DNA of 63,861 nt, the filler included, from Licmophora abbreviata (taxonomy: Eukaryota): NCBI GenBank assembly GCA_900291995.1. It is 13 parts of 13 records of this genome, joined end to end, with 100 filler letters (N's around TTAATTAATTAA, not from the genome) between each part and the next. Parts side by side here need not be neighbours in the genome. Positions count along the whole stretch, not along the records: positions 21,375 to 26,832 come from OLMU01002476.1; positions 26,933 to 29,019 come from OLMU01002477.1; positions 29,120 to 31,385 come from OLMU01002478.1; positions 31,486 to 34,907 come from OLMU01002479.1; positions 35,008 to 42,788 come from OLMU01002480.1; 8 more parts are not named here. One strand, written 5' to 3'. The translations under genes were made by a program, and so were the position numbers. This document shows positions 23,697-35,106 of this stretch, in pieces. The notes beneath the pieces were generated by a model that was not told the DNA's origin, did not search any database, and saw nothing but the letters and a program-made list of their open reading frames with translations. Positions within the stretch are counted from its first letter, which is position 1; each line of letters opens with the position of its first letter.

Positions 23697-25088
23697 ATGG
23701 AATCGCTCTCCTGTGCCCCCATAAGACTTTCCGTGGCGTTTGCGCATCAGAGTCCCGGTCAGAACGACGCTGCCGCCAGGCCACCGATGTTTCGTTTCCG
23801 AAGGCGGCCTCATTCTGCATCATCATTCACTGCGACCGAGTCACTGCACTGGACTGCATTGAAGCATCACCGTCGTCAGAACTTGGAGGGTGACTCTGAG
23901 ACAGTCGAGAGATATCCCATATTTTCAGAGGATGACTTTTATCTGGAGCGAGAGCCAACTACAAAAGATGCATCAGATCAAGAAGCCTTGTCGGCTCTTT
24001 CTCTACAGGATGGGCTTCATCCGAACATTGAGACGAAATCGCCATTTTCCTGGTGGACGAACCTCACCAGGGACATGCCTCCAGACGCGATACTGTGGCT
24101 CAATGCGGTCGCCATTATTTGGGGATCGCAGCATGCAGTCATCAAGCTCGTGGTGGAAGATTCGGATACATCGGCATTTTCGTTAGTCAGGTTTGCAATG
24201 GCTGCGCTTGTCGCGACAGCTCCGCAGCTATGGAGAAAGAAGACGTCTACATCACCGCCGGACCTGACAGAAGACTCTTTTGCCACGCCGGAACAGCAAC
24301 TACTAGCTACCTTTCGATGGGGGGCCGAAATGGGATTATGGATGTTCTTGGGATACGCCTTTCAGGCTGTTGGTCTCGAATCAACGACCGCGCAGCGCTC
24401 GGGCTTTCTCTTGTATCTCAATGTCAAGTTTGTCCCCTTTTTTGCGCGACTTTTGTTTGGACGCGCCATTTCGGTCCCCACGTGGATATCGGCACTGGCC
24501 GCTGTTGTAGGCACCGCATTATTAGCCAGTGATACTTCCAATAGTGCAAGTGGTGGCATAGTGCTGAATCAGGGAGATCTATGGACCATCGCGGCGGCAG
24601 CGACGTCGGCCATGTTTATTCTGAGGCTGGAATCGGCATCCAAGGCTGTCGCCAACAGCGCAGCATTGAACGCGACGTGCTTGTGGTTTGTCACGGTCGC
24701 TACGTTGCTTTGGGCTGTCGGACAAGGTCTTATGGACACACAGTCCTTGGTACTGTCGATCAACCAAGTGTCGATGAATGTAGTCCAGACACTGCAACAC
24801 CATCTCGTGGAATTGTTGTACTTGAGTTGCGTCACGACGGCCCTGGCCACGTACATTCAAACTCGAGCACAGCGCAAGGTGTCGGCCGAGCGGGCGTCAG
24901 TCATTTATGCCATGGATCCAGTGTATGGAGCTTTCTTTAGTAGTATTCTGCTAAAAGAAGAGCTTCATGGGTGGGGCATCGTCGGTGCGGTAATCATTAC
25001 CTTGGCGGCAGGTACCAATGCCTTTTTGGATTTGGGAGTCAAGCAGAGTGACGAGTCTAACCTCTATAGCGAGAAGGAACATTTGTAA
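23697..25088 (+). CDS. EamA / drug-metabolite transporter (DMT) family protein
   Basis: About 10 hydrophobic helices; IWGSQHAVIK, GYAFQAVGLESTTAQRSGFL, GDLW, QRKVSAERASVIYAMDPVYGA. The start codon is uncertain. Confidence 0.88.
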   Translation: MESLSCAPIRLSVAFAHQSPGQNDAAARPPMFRFRRRPHSASSFTATESLHWTALKHHRRQNLEGDSETVERYPIFSEDDFYLEREPTTKDASDQEALSALSLQDGLHPNIETKSPFSWWTNLTRDMPPDAILWLNAVAIIWGSQHAVIKLVVEDSDTSAFSLVRFAMAALVATAPQLWRKKTSTSPPDLTEDSFATPEQQLLATFRWGAEMGLWMFLGYAFQAVGLESTTAQRSGFLLYLNVKFVPFFARLLFGRAISVPTWISALAAVVGTALLASDTSNSASGGIVLNQGDLWTIAAAATSAMFILRLESASKAVANSAALNATCLWFVTVATLLWAVGQGLMDTQSLVLSINQVSMNVVQTLQHHLVELLYLSCVTTALATYIQTRAQRKVSAERASVIYAMDPVYGAFFSSILLKEELHGWGIVGAVIITLAAGTNAFLDLGVKQSDESNLYSEKEHL

Positions 25089-25309
25089 TTTCATTTATTG
25101 CTCACGACGAAGTCGTTCTTGGTGTTTTAGCTGTGCTACATTTCCAGCTAAACTACGTGCGTCCGTAGCATTGTCGAGCAGCGATGCCGTACACGTAAGA
25201 TAGTCCGAAGTACGAATCTACTCTTACGCGCACAACTCCTACCATTACATCCTCCCATAGTTCTCCTTCCAACTAGGACGAAGCGTACAATGGGTCGACG
25301 CAATCACAT

Positions 25310-26761
25310 TCATGACCACTCGTCGAAAATATGTTGAATAATGTCTCTCGGCGGGCGACCTGACGATGTCTTGGTACTTGCTAGGTATCTGTACGAAGTC
25401 GCGCCTGTGCCGGATACTTCTGCGGCAAAGATATGCCACGCATGTCCTTCGTGCATCACTGACTGAGACACAACTACATGCGACGCAATTTTCTGCCTCC
25501 CATCACTGTCAAGGGCTTGCGTCGAAAAGGGAGACGACCGAAGCACCAGGGCACAGCCGACCCATGCAAAGACGGGCGGCGTAAAGTCTCGCATGATCCA
25601 TGGTGTTGGCCCTCTTGGTGGTTCGTCTCCTCCATAGGCAGCTGACTGCTGGTAGCCGCTTTGATCCCAGCCGCCATTACCGTAGTGAGAATGGGCGAGG
25701 AACCGAGGTGATATGACGACGGCTGGAAGCGCCTCGACCGACGCACGTGCTGCGAGCTGTTGGAAATGTTCGACGGCTCCTACAGCTGGTCCCGGAGGTC
25801 GAAATTCACTATTGTAGTCGGTCGGCTGTACAATCAGAACCAACCCTCGCTTAGCGTCCACTGTACCCGCCTTCAGGGCCCCGGAACGTCGCTTGTTGTG
25901 TCGCATACTCTTTGGGAGCTCTTCATCCTGTCCCAAGCAGTGAATGTGAATATTGTCGTATTGATGTGTATCACTGCTTTCTAGTTTCATCAACAGCAAT
26001 TCCCTACTACCAATGAGAGCTTGTTTGATGGTATTGAAGTAGATTGCAATAGGACGCGTAGCTTGCGCTGGCTCGTCACTGCCTTCGTCTTCGTAGCCAG
26101 GCCAGTGACCTTGTGAAAGCTTGGACGCGAGCAGCAATGTGACTCGTCGAATGGCACTAGCACTACTCTGAGAACGATCTGGAAACAAAAATTGGGCACC
26201 ATCCACTTCAATGCCTATCCTTCCAGCGTCTCGGTCGCTTCGAACCGGTCGGTACCCGTATAGTGACGATGTCATGGCGTTGCTGGCAATGTTCGGATCT
26301 AATCGCTGCGAGTGATAAATGGTTCCCGCGATCGCCTCCCAGGCCGCATCCGTCACAGCCTCGACTGTGTCGGGAAACATGGGTTCGGGGTCCGAGTACC
26401 GTTCCACGGTCCAGTCGTTGAAATAGATAGTATTGGTACCATCGTCGAGAGATCCTCCGTGGCGCGGCGAGGATGGCCGTCGTATCGCGCGACGCTCGTC
26501 TTCAATGGGAGACTCCAACGCGGCTGGAAGTCGAGATTCTTCATCTTCCCCACCATGAGATAAATAGTTCCGTATTCTGCTTTGAGATCGCCTCCGAGAG
26601 ATGTTACCTGAAGCTAATGTCCAAGCCGCCAGCTGCGGTGCAGGTGGCGAAGCATCAACGACGGGTGATGGCTGATGAATCATCATCATCATTAATAATG
26701 TGGGCCCATGAGAAAAATAAAATAAAATGCCGCTTGTAAACGAAACATTTCGTTTCGGCAT
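25310..26761 (-). CDS. Hypothetical protein, DUF1995-like
   Basis: Long single ORF (~480 aa) with FPDT..EAV, GRIGIEVDG, LVLIVQP and W(H)IFA..Y.YLA segments reminiscent of DUF1995 proteins. The family call is tentative. Confidence 0.55.
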   Translation of the reverse strand: MPKRNVSFTSGILFYFSHGPTLLMMMMIHQPSPVVDASPPAPQLAAWTLASGNISRRRSQSRIRNYLSHGGEDEESRLPAALESPIEDERRAIRRPSSPRHGGSLDDGTNTIYFNDWTVERYSDPEPMFPDTVEAVTDAAWEAIAGTIYHSQRLDPNIASNAMTSSLYGYRPVRSDRDAGRIGIEVDGAQFLFPDRSQSSASAIRRVTLLLASKLSQGHWPGYEDEGSDEPAQATRPIAIYFNTIKQALIGSRELLLMKLESSDTHQYDNIHIHCLGQDEELPKSMRHNKRRSGALKAGTVDAKRGLVLIVQPTDYNSEFRPPGPAVGAVEHFQQLAARASVEALPAVVISPRFLAHSHYGNGGWDQSGYQQSAAYGGDEPPRGPTPWIMRDFTPPVFAWVGCALVLRSSPFSTQALDSDGRQKIASHVVVSQSVMHEGHAWHIFAAEVSGTGATSYRYLASTKTSSGRPPRDIIQHIFDEWS

Positions 26762-26832
26762 CGTTGCAGAAGTCCTCTTGTCATCCAATAATGACGGAAA
26801 ACCATTGGCTCTGCTAGATTATCGATCAACCA

Positions 26833-26932
26833 NNNNNNNNNNNNNNNNNNNNNNNNNNNNNNNNNNNNNNNNNNNNTTAATTAATTAANNNNNNNNNNNN
26901 NNNNNNNNNNNNNNNNNNNNNNNNNNNNNNNN
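26833..26932. other. Artificial contig linker
   Basis: 44 N + TTAATTAATTAA + 44 N. Confidence 0.98.
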
Positions 26933-27439
26933 CGACGTTATCACGAAAGGTCATCTCTCGATCGCGTCCCTCCTGTCCTCATCGAAAGGGCGATCCTCTG
27001 ATGCTCTACCGTTATAGACTTAAAGTGCGGTCGCCCCGGATGCGAGGACACAGGCTAGACACTAATGCATAGGTCGAGTCCACGGGCATGCTAGCAAATA
27101 GAGCTCTAGGAGGTATGGATAAGAGACAATACCTATCCAAGAGACGACCTAGAGCAGTATTCAAGCAAGGGCCCAAGCACATGACGGAGAACCGACCTAC
27201 ATTCTCTTAATAGCATCGGTAAATGAAGAGTCCAACCAGACGGTTCTTTAAGATCAAGCTAACCTACACGACGCCACGGCGATTGTGCTCTTGTACTCGG
27301 AACATTCCCTCCAGCGCACAGTAGCACCTTTCAAGCTCAACCTCGTCACACAAACAATCGATACTGTGTACATTATCTTTAGGTCAATCGACCATCTCTT
27401 TCCGATCAAGCACCAACTAAACTCTCCTGTTTTCTCCTT

Positions 27440-27739
27440 CTACACTACTTCGCTTTCAAGTGATGCTGCAGCCGGTACCACTTCCAGCTTGCTTGTCGTC
27501 GTACTCTTCGGTACAGTCAACAGCGGTTCGACTTTGGCAAAGGCAGAAGCTGCCGCAGCGTCCGCTGCGTGTTCTCGTTTTCGTCTCTTTTCGTCTTCTG
27601 ACGCGTCCATGGCTTCATTCGCCGCATGATTCTCTTGTGCGATACTCAACGCGAACTTCCGGACGAACTTGAGGCCCCCGAAAAATGCGATTCCCACTAC
27701 CAGCAGAGTAAACACAACTGTCTTGGCGTCAATAATCAT
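27440..27739 (-). CDS. Small single-TM hypothetical protein
   Basis: 99 aa; N-terminal TM (VVFTLLVVGIAFFGGL) followed by a charged helix. Confidence 0.6.
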   Translation of the reverse strand: MIIDAKTVVFTLLVVGIAFFGGLKFVRKFALSIAQENHAANEAMDASEDEKRRKREHAADAAAASAFAKVEPLLTVPKSTTTSKLEVVPAAASLESEVV

Positions 27740-28150
27740 GATAGAATAACGAGGGTGAGAAAGGGAATGAGAAGAGTAAGAATCGACGCTCAACAGACGA
27801 CCACATCGGCGAGGTATCATTCAACGAGTTGTGAGTCGAGTCCGAGTGGGTTGTTGTGTCTGCGGTCATTCGAGTGATCATGGTGACGAGCTCTCGAGCT
27901 ATAGGGTTCTTCTGTCACGAAGAGCAAAATACAAAATACAGAAATCCAGCCGGCGGGCGCGCAGTTGTGATGTTGGCGACCAAAAATTCTCACGAGATCG
28001 TCATGGTCACCAAATCATGGCGGTATACTTGGACGACTCTGCAGTGTATATTGTGCGTCTTGGAGACCTGATGCATCGATATCGAACCTAACTTACATTC
28101 TAAATGCCGCAGAGGATCGAGTGGTTGGCCTGTTTGAATTTGCGAGAGAA

Positions 28151-29741
28151 ATGAAATCGCCAGACGACGACAGTCGGCTCAATTCCACAGCCGCAAATCC
28201 TCAAACTGCTTCCGAAGCGTCGATGTCACGCCATCTTTCGCGCTCACATCGGAACGAGAGCTTCTCGTCGGATCTTAGTGTCACTACTGAAGACGATACA
28301 TTGTATACGGAAGGCAGCAAAGCGCCGTCTCCAAGCAGTCTGAACGCCAATCGCTCTCTAGCTTCCGGCCGATGGGTCGAGTCTCCTCTGTCATCGGCAT
28401 CGAGTCCGTCGGGTCGGCAACAGAACCAAATTGGGGATAGGCCTTCTCATTTTCATGTCCTAAACTTGATTGATCGAACCATGGATGAACTGCAGCGAGT
28501 GCCGTCGGAAGAAGAGAGCAGTTGTGGATCTGCCGTCTTTCGAGTCAAGCAAGCTGTACGCCAAACGCACTTATTACACGGCGATGGAGAGGATACGCCG
28601 AGGCAGACTCCACTTGCACCTTCTCTTTCAGACCAACGCGATACACATACCCTCGCAGAGCTTAAGCTGGCACGTGATTTGGCAGTTGCGGAGATCTTTG
28701 AGAAGAAAAAGGTGGTGCACGAGCGTCGAGCCCGGATGATCGATATTGTACGGGCATTGATGCTATCTGGGATATATTTTGGGCTTCTGCGGAGCTGCTA
28801 CTGCTGTTTCGACCTTGAGTTTAAACTTGTCCCTCGCGAACTATGGGCATTACCACTGGTCGAGGCCGCGGGGGCCTGGATTCTTTGCTACCTATCGACG
28901 GTACCGACGGAAGCTCGGAAGCCGGGCGAGACCGTCCGGCTCATGCACATTCTCCTCTCTAGAAAGACGATGCTTCTCTGTTCCTATCTCCTTGTTTGGG
29001 CATGTATATGGGATGCAGGNNNNNNNNNNNNNNNNNNNNNNNNNNNNNNNNNNNNNNNNNNNNTTAATTAATTAANNNNNNNNNNNNNNNNNNNNNNNNN
29101 NNNNNNNNNNNNNNNNNNNTGCAAGCTTGCGAAAACCAGTGGATCAATGCACTGCACTGTCAGAGGCAAGACGGCAGGTGCAAACACGGTCACATACTCC
29201 AGAGGGTCCCTCGTTGATACTGCCGATTGTTTCATCGGTCGAGCGCGCAAGATGGATTGATTTACCGATGGGACTCGAAAAGAATGTTTGTGAGATTAGC
29301 AAGGAAGTTGTAGAAGATGCGACTCTTGCAAATTCAGACGTGCAGGAGCGGAGGGAAGACATGGCCGGTCGCGTACCACCAACCAAGATATTATCCTTGC
29401 CAGCGTTTCTCCCAAGACCCGGCGGCGACGAAAAGCTGCATCGGGAGTTCGCATCCGATGATCCACCTATTGTACGGTCCCACCACGCTTCTGTATCTGG
29501 TGCGAGTCTGTCGTTCGGAGACTTTAGAACGAGTGCATTATCGACAAAGCTAGAAGAGGACAATCGAGAGAAAGAGGAATTGGATGCTGTGACGCTACAC
29601 TCCAGAAAGGTCCTCTTGTCAAGACTCCAAGTCGTCATGAATGCCGCCAAGCTCATGATAGGACCTCTCCTCGGATTCCACGGGCATGACAATAAGTCGC
29701 TAATGGAAACGATTGTCGAGGTATGGGCATCAAGTAAATAA
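28151..29741 (+). CDS. Hypothetical membrane protein spanning a gap
   Basis: ORF 28121..gap (Ser-rich N-terminus, 3 hydrophobic segments) and ORF 29127..29741 are in frame if the flanks are abutted (WDA-G-ASLRK). Confidence 0.55.
29020..29119. other. Artificial contig linker
   Basis: 44 N + TTAATTAATTAA + 44 N. Confidence 0.98.
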
Positions 29742-29793
29742 ACTCTACGAACCTAATGGATAATGCATATGCCTCGCGTCACTACTACTACCA

Positions 29794-31703
29794 TTACAAC
29801 TCCTCGTTGGGCGGTCGGTTCGCTCCTCCCGGGCCCATCCACGGAGCGGAACCGCCTCGCCTTCCAACCAACACGTTGTTGATCTTTGTTTCAAAGGCAA
29901 ACACTTCAGACTCACTTTCGCTGTCGGACGCAAAGACGGGTACTGGTTCGATCTTCACGACGTTCAAGTCCGAATCCTCTAGTTCTTCTTCCTCCATTTT
30001 CTTGTCCTCGACAATATCAAACTCGTCTTCCCTCTCGATATATTCTACATTCATCGGCAGCGCTTGAAAGTCGGGTGCAAATGCAGTCCAGTCCATACGC
30101 GGACCCCAAATATCCACGAGCCCGTCGGAAGTCGCGACTGCGACAAACGAGCGAGTTGGATGCCATGTCACACAATTTAAAGTCACCTGTGCGCCCATCA
30201 AGCGGTCCATGAGGGCACCCGTTGATGCATTCCACATGAAAAGCTCGTACTTGTTATCGTTGGCGTTGCACCCGCCTACAATGTATTCTGCGTCTCCTGA
30301 GAAGTCGCAACTAGCGAAAGGGACCTTGGAAACAACGTCTTGAAACACCTTTGGTTTCATGTCGGGTAAATCGTCCCAGCAATCCAAGGCATTGTACAAA
30401 CGCAGTGCACCGTCGGCGCAGTTGAGCAGAAGATGTTTTCCATTACGACTCACAATCAGGTGCCACACAGTCGCGCCACCTGGGATCGACATCTGAAAAA
30501 CCGGTTTCGATGGAGCCAAGGGCTCAGTCAAACGGCCAGTCAACGCCCCCATCACATTGCGAATATCGAAACCCATCAAGATGCCATCTTTGGTGGCCGC
30601 AAATATCTTGTCGCCACGAGGGTCGAATGCCGCACAAGTGACACTATGTTCCTTGTCAAGAGTTATGATGGTGGTTTCGTTCACTTCATGTCCTGGAGAG
30701 GACAACTCCCAAGCCGAGGGAGTGGCGTGGAACAAAACCAAGGACCCATCGTCCAGCACCGTTAATCCGGAAGTCACATCGCGAGGATGAATCTGCAGCG
30801 AGCCTCCAAGGGGATGCGGTAAGGAAAAGCTGATGACAGGGTGGCGTGCAAGCACTTTAGAAGCACCCGCCGGTTCCTTGCGTTTGTTTGATACTTGCGA
30901 TGAGACACTAGCTGCAGAATAGACTCGAGTTGCGAGCTTTCGTTCTTGTTTGGCATACAGACAATCCGACGGGCCCTTTCCGAACACAGCCACCTTCTTT
31001 GAGTGTCCTGAGGAGCCTTTCTGAAGGGCATCTGCGCTTTCACTTTCAGGAGGAGCCGCGCTGCATTCTTCCGCCCCCATCGGATGCGACGTGTCAATGA
31101 GACGCACACGAGCGTCGCCCGTCGCCCCAGCTAGGATCGTTCGCGATCGACGAGACCAGGTTGCCGATGTGACGCCATTTGGATACGCTGAGGATGGCGA
31201 TGATGCAGGCGACTCTGTTGATTCACCAGAAGTAGCGTCCGCGGAACTAGCAATGGTGCTGCTACTTTCAGGTCTATACAGGGCACTGATGGTACGCGTC
31301 AGAAAGTCGTGCACTGCCACTGCACCGGATGCATGTCCCACCGCCAAGTACGTCCCCCGTCGATTAAACGCAACGGTATAAGCAGNNNNNNNNNNNNNNN
31401 NNNNNNNNNNNNNNNNNNNNNNNNNNNNNTTAATTAATTAANNNNNNNNNNNNNNNNNNNNNNNNNNNNNNNNNNNNNNNNNNNNTCAGGCTTCAAAGTT
31501 CCCGAAGCACGCCCCGACGACTGCGATGCATCCGATCCACGGCGGAAGTTGCTACTGCTCGTCGCGCTGCTATTGACAGCATCGGCAGCGTCCCCCGGAT
31601 GATCATTCTTGGCAGCGGTACTCAATCTCGAAGGCAGCGACAGTGTCGCAGCGACCCGATCTGGAATCTGCCGCCGAAACGGATCCAACAGCTCTAAATT
31701 CAT
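29794..31703 (-). CDS. RBBP5: RBBP5/Swd1 WD40 subunit of the COMPASS H3K4 methyltransferase; spans gap
   Basis: N-terminus MNLELLDPF; AFNRRGTYLAVG; WHPTR; signature WTAFAPDFQALPMNVEYIEREDEFD. Confidence 0.92.
31386..31485. other. Artificial contig linker
   Basis: 44 N + TTAATTAATTAA + 44 N. Confidence 0.98.
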
Positions 31704-32030
31704 TGCAGTTGTGGTGATGCCAACAGAGACTTCACAAGAGAGGCTCACTGTGTTACTGTCGGCGATGACGGCGGCGGCATCGCGTCATGGCGAATGTGGC
31801 AAGCCCAAAAAAGTAAGTGAAGAGGTGCGCGATACCTCGCGCGAAATAGTAGTAGAGCACGAAATGCCGGACTAGATGAACTCTTGTATCGCTTCTGCGT
31901 GTCCTAGAGGCGAAATATGGCCGCTGCTTGACTGTAAGTGTTTGCATTTTGCGACTGCGGGAAGGAGGTTTCTTCTCGGTCAGTTCAGATGTTAGAAATT
32001 TGAAACGTAGACCTAAGATTTATCGAGACT

Positions 32031-32065
32031 AGTCGAGTCGAGTGGAGTCGAGTCGAGTCGAGTCG
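32031..32065. repeat. (AGTCG)7 pentanucleotide microsatellite, one mismatch
   Basis: agtcg agtcg agtgg agtcg agtcg agtcg agtcg. Confidence 0.9.
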
Positions 32066-32127
32066 GATCTACATTAAGCGATTCAAGTGTATGGCACAGG
32101 ACAAATATCAGTTTCGCTGGTATCAAA

Positions 32128-34772
32128 CTAGTCCATGGACATCTTGACTACATGTTCCAGACTGGCCTTGACTTCTTGGCCTCTGACCCGTTCCGACTGA
32201 CTCTTGCGGAGTTGCTCGTTCTGAGTCACCCCAAGACTCTTGCTTCGCAGAGAATTCTCCATTGTGACCTGCCTCTTTGTACTAGCCATGGACTGGAAAC
32301 TGGAACTGACCTGCTCCAATCGCTTGGCACCCTCCACGTCGAGCGGACTCATTTGATATAAGTCGTCACCGCCGAGTCCGCTCTTAATGAGCATCGACCG
32401 CAAAACAAAATAGTACTTTGCATATTCGCTCGACGGAACCTTGACAATGTATCCAAGTGCCGTCAGCACGGCAACTTCGAGTTCATTAATTCGCTGAAGC
32501 GGAAATTTGACTCCTGGAGGACAAGTCTGTGAAAAGTCCGCATTCCACATGCTCAGGTCGTCCCACACCTTGCTCGACAGGATCATGCAGGAGAATAATA
32601 TTGACCGCCAGTTGTCACTGCGGGGTCTAAGAGCACCATTCGTCGACTTGATGAGACGCTCGACGTAGATGAGAGACATAATGATGGTGTCCGTTTCCAT
32701 TTGGGCTTTGCGAAACACTTTGCGGTAGAAGGATGTAATCTCGTCGAGGGATGGGGCATCGGGTTGAGAAGGCGTATTCGACGTGGACCGGTCTCGCAGC
32801 GAAAGACGCATGATCATGAGCTCGTCGCGACCTGGAGGCGATCCACCCTGTTTTCGTTCCATAGCGCGATCGGCAAATATGCGGTAGCGGTCCCGGGTAG
32901 AGGACTTTTCTTCTTCTTGAGCGGCACTCAAGATATGTGCCCGATAAACACCACAGACGCACTGCACGGAGACACACAAAGCAACGCATGTGTTGAGGTT
33001 GATAAAATGCTAACAGACGCTATCATTGAAGACAATCTCTTGCATACCTTGATCGTGGCATCGCTGTCGGGAGCTGACAATGTCGACCCTACATACATAG
33101 TACCGCATGAGTTTCGACGCGTACCCAACGGCAGCTTCTCCAGTCTGGACGAAGACAACGCTTCCTGCTGTTTGTGCGTCAAGCCCGAAGGTTGAGGTCC
33201 GTCTGGACTGCTGGGTTCTTGTGGCTGGGGACTCAGTTCTTCCTTCGAGTCCGTGGCGTCGTCCTCGCTGCTACTATAATCCAACAAGTCGTCCTCCATC
33301 GGCTCTTCTGAAAGTTTGACCATGGCGTGTGCAGTGCGAGCCAACTTTTGCAATGCGTGCGTTTCTTGTGTCGTCAATCCAAAGTCAGATGAAGACTCGT
33401 CGGCCACGTCGAGAAAGCTACTAGACGACATGTTGAAATCGAGCGAAGATGACGTGAAGTCGGTTGCCATCGAGTTCGGCAAGGCGCCACGCACGGGAGG
33501 GTCTTCCGCAAGCGTCTCGACAGTAAAGCTACCTCGACGGCCAATAGCGTCCCCTGTTTCCACGTGTTGTTGATGTTCGCTGACCGAAATGGCTTGACAC
33601 GAGGGCTGTCGCTGCACGATCTGCTTGAGAATTGTATCGTCCATTGCCGAGATGGTTCGTACCAGTCGGCCGCCTGGGCGTGCGTTGAGCAGTCCGTCCT
33701 CATTGAGATTTTCACCAGACAGCGAATCTTCCTCCGAGTTCAAGCTGTTGTCGGATACTTCCGATTTCTTTGCACTGCTGCTCTGATCATCACTACTTTT
33801 CTGTTGCGGCGATCCCGGGATTACCTTCCGTTTCATGCTGTTTAGAATATTGGCCTCCATCGCCGAAAAGAATTCCTTTTGCTTTTGTTCTTTGACTTGA
33901 ATGGCATGTAGTTCTTCAGGTGTGGCAAGCTCCAGTGGCTTGCGCCACTGTGTCTCGCGAGTCTTGGAATTGTAGAAATATGTACGGCCACTCTTGGGGT
34001 CGACCGCGCTCTTCCAGTGAGTCATTTTGGAATGATGGCGATTTCGATTACTGTGCTGTTTTGAAGAGGAATACTGGGGTCGAGGCTTCACTAGACGCTG
34101 CTGATGGTTTCTGTCTTGAGAGGAGAAGGACAAAGAGGTGGGTGTTGCGAACTTGGTGTTGTTGTTGCTGTCGCTGCAAGGCGCTCCTCTCTGGTCGTGG
34201 GGAGGCCTCATCGCCGAAAAAGCACGAACCGCGCTCGTCGTGGCATCAGTCGTGGTGGAGTGTCGATGGCCAGACGACGTGAATCCCGGCGCGGCCGTAT
34301 CGCCCATCTGAACCCATGCGGTCGCCACATCGCGAGACGGAGGAAAGTTCAACTCTGGTTTCTGCTGGGACTGAATGGGGCGTGATTGCGCGTGAGCTTG
34401 AGAGGGATAAGCATGCTCCTGCGGCTCATCATGGAGTTGCTGATGAGATCGTGGTTGCAACGACGACGACAAACTGCAAAAGAGATTGCGAGCAGCGACA
34501 AACGAAGCACGCTGTCTGGGCCTTTTGGAGGCGGAGGTCTCGTGTGCGCTTTGTGAGAGAGCAAACTGGTTGGACATGTCGCTCAGTTCTCGGGTTGTCT
34601 GTGACTTTTGCAGCGGCGCTGTCTCTGGACGACGGGATCGTCGACGAAACAAGCCAGGCGCCATTGAGCCGTTCTTTTTGGATCGACGAGGATCGAGTAG
34701 GATTGTCTCAACACCAGGAGACTCGACCGAAAGACCAACAAGATGCGGATGGAGAGAGATGCTGCCTATCAT
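32128..34772 (-). CDS. Cyclin Y-like cyclin with an upstream WW domain
   Basis: WW: HWKSAVDPKSGRTYFYNSKTRETQWRKP. Cyclin: RRNSCGT...DATIK|CVCGVYRAHI (intron 33047-32962), IIMSLIYVERL, SSKVWDDLSMWNADF, INELE, SEYAKYYF. The start codon is uncertain. Confidence 0.88.
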
Positions 34773-34907
34773 GGCAGATGAGTTCGAAGCGACGACGCGG
34801 TGTATGTGACGGCTTTGAAAGTTGTGTGTTGAAATCCTGTTGGCGGGAAATGTCAGAGTGCCGGCGCGGCGCGCACTTTTTTCAGTCCCACAAAACATAT
34901 ATTCTAT

Positions 34908-35007
34908 NNNNNNNNNNNNNNNNNNNNNNNNNNNNNNNNNNNNNNNNNNNNTTAATTAATTAANNNNNNNNNNNNNNNNNNNNNNNNNNNNNNNNNNNNN
35001 NNNNNNN
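34908..35007. other. Artificial contig linker
   Basis: 44 N + TTAATTAATTAA + 44 N. Confidence 0.98.
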
Positions 35008-35106
35008 TACTAGAAGAGTAGACAGATGGCAATGGCACAATGTATTAGTGGCGATTCGAATCTGCCCGTTGCAGACCGCCCTTACTTCTCGGTCATTCTC
35101 AAACTT

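Noticed and set aside
23570..23760. Second frameshift that would give the EamA gene a signal peptide
   Set aside because: The upstream hydrophobic frame has no in-frame ATG; too speculative.
26945..27200. RNase P/MRP, SRP or U3 identity for the hairpin region
   Set aside because: Only a loose 5-bp P4-like pairing; no convincing CR-I/CR-V, SRP helix 8 or U3 boxes. Kept only as an unassigned structured candidate.
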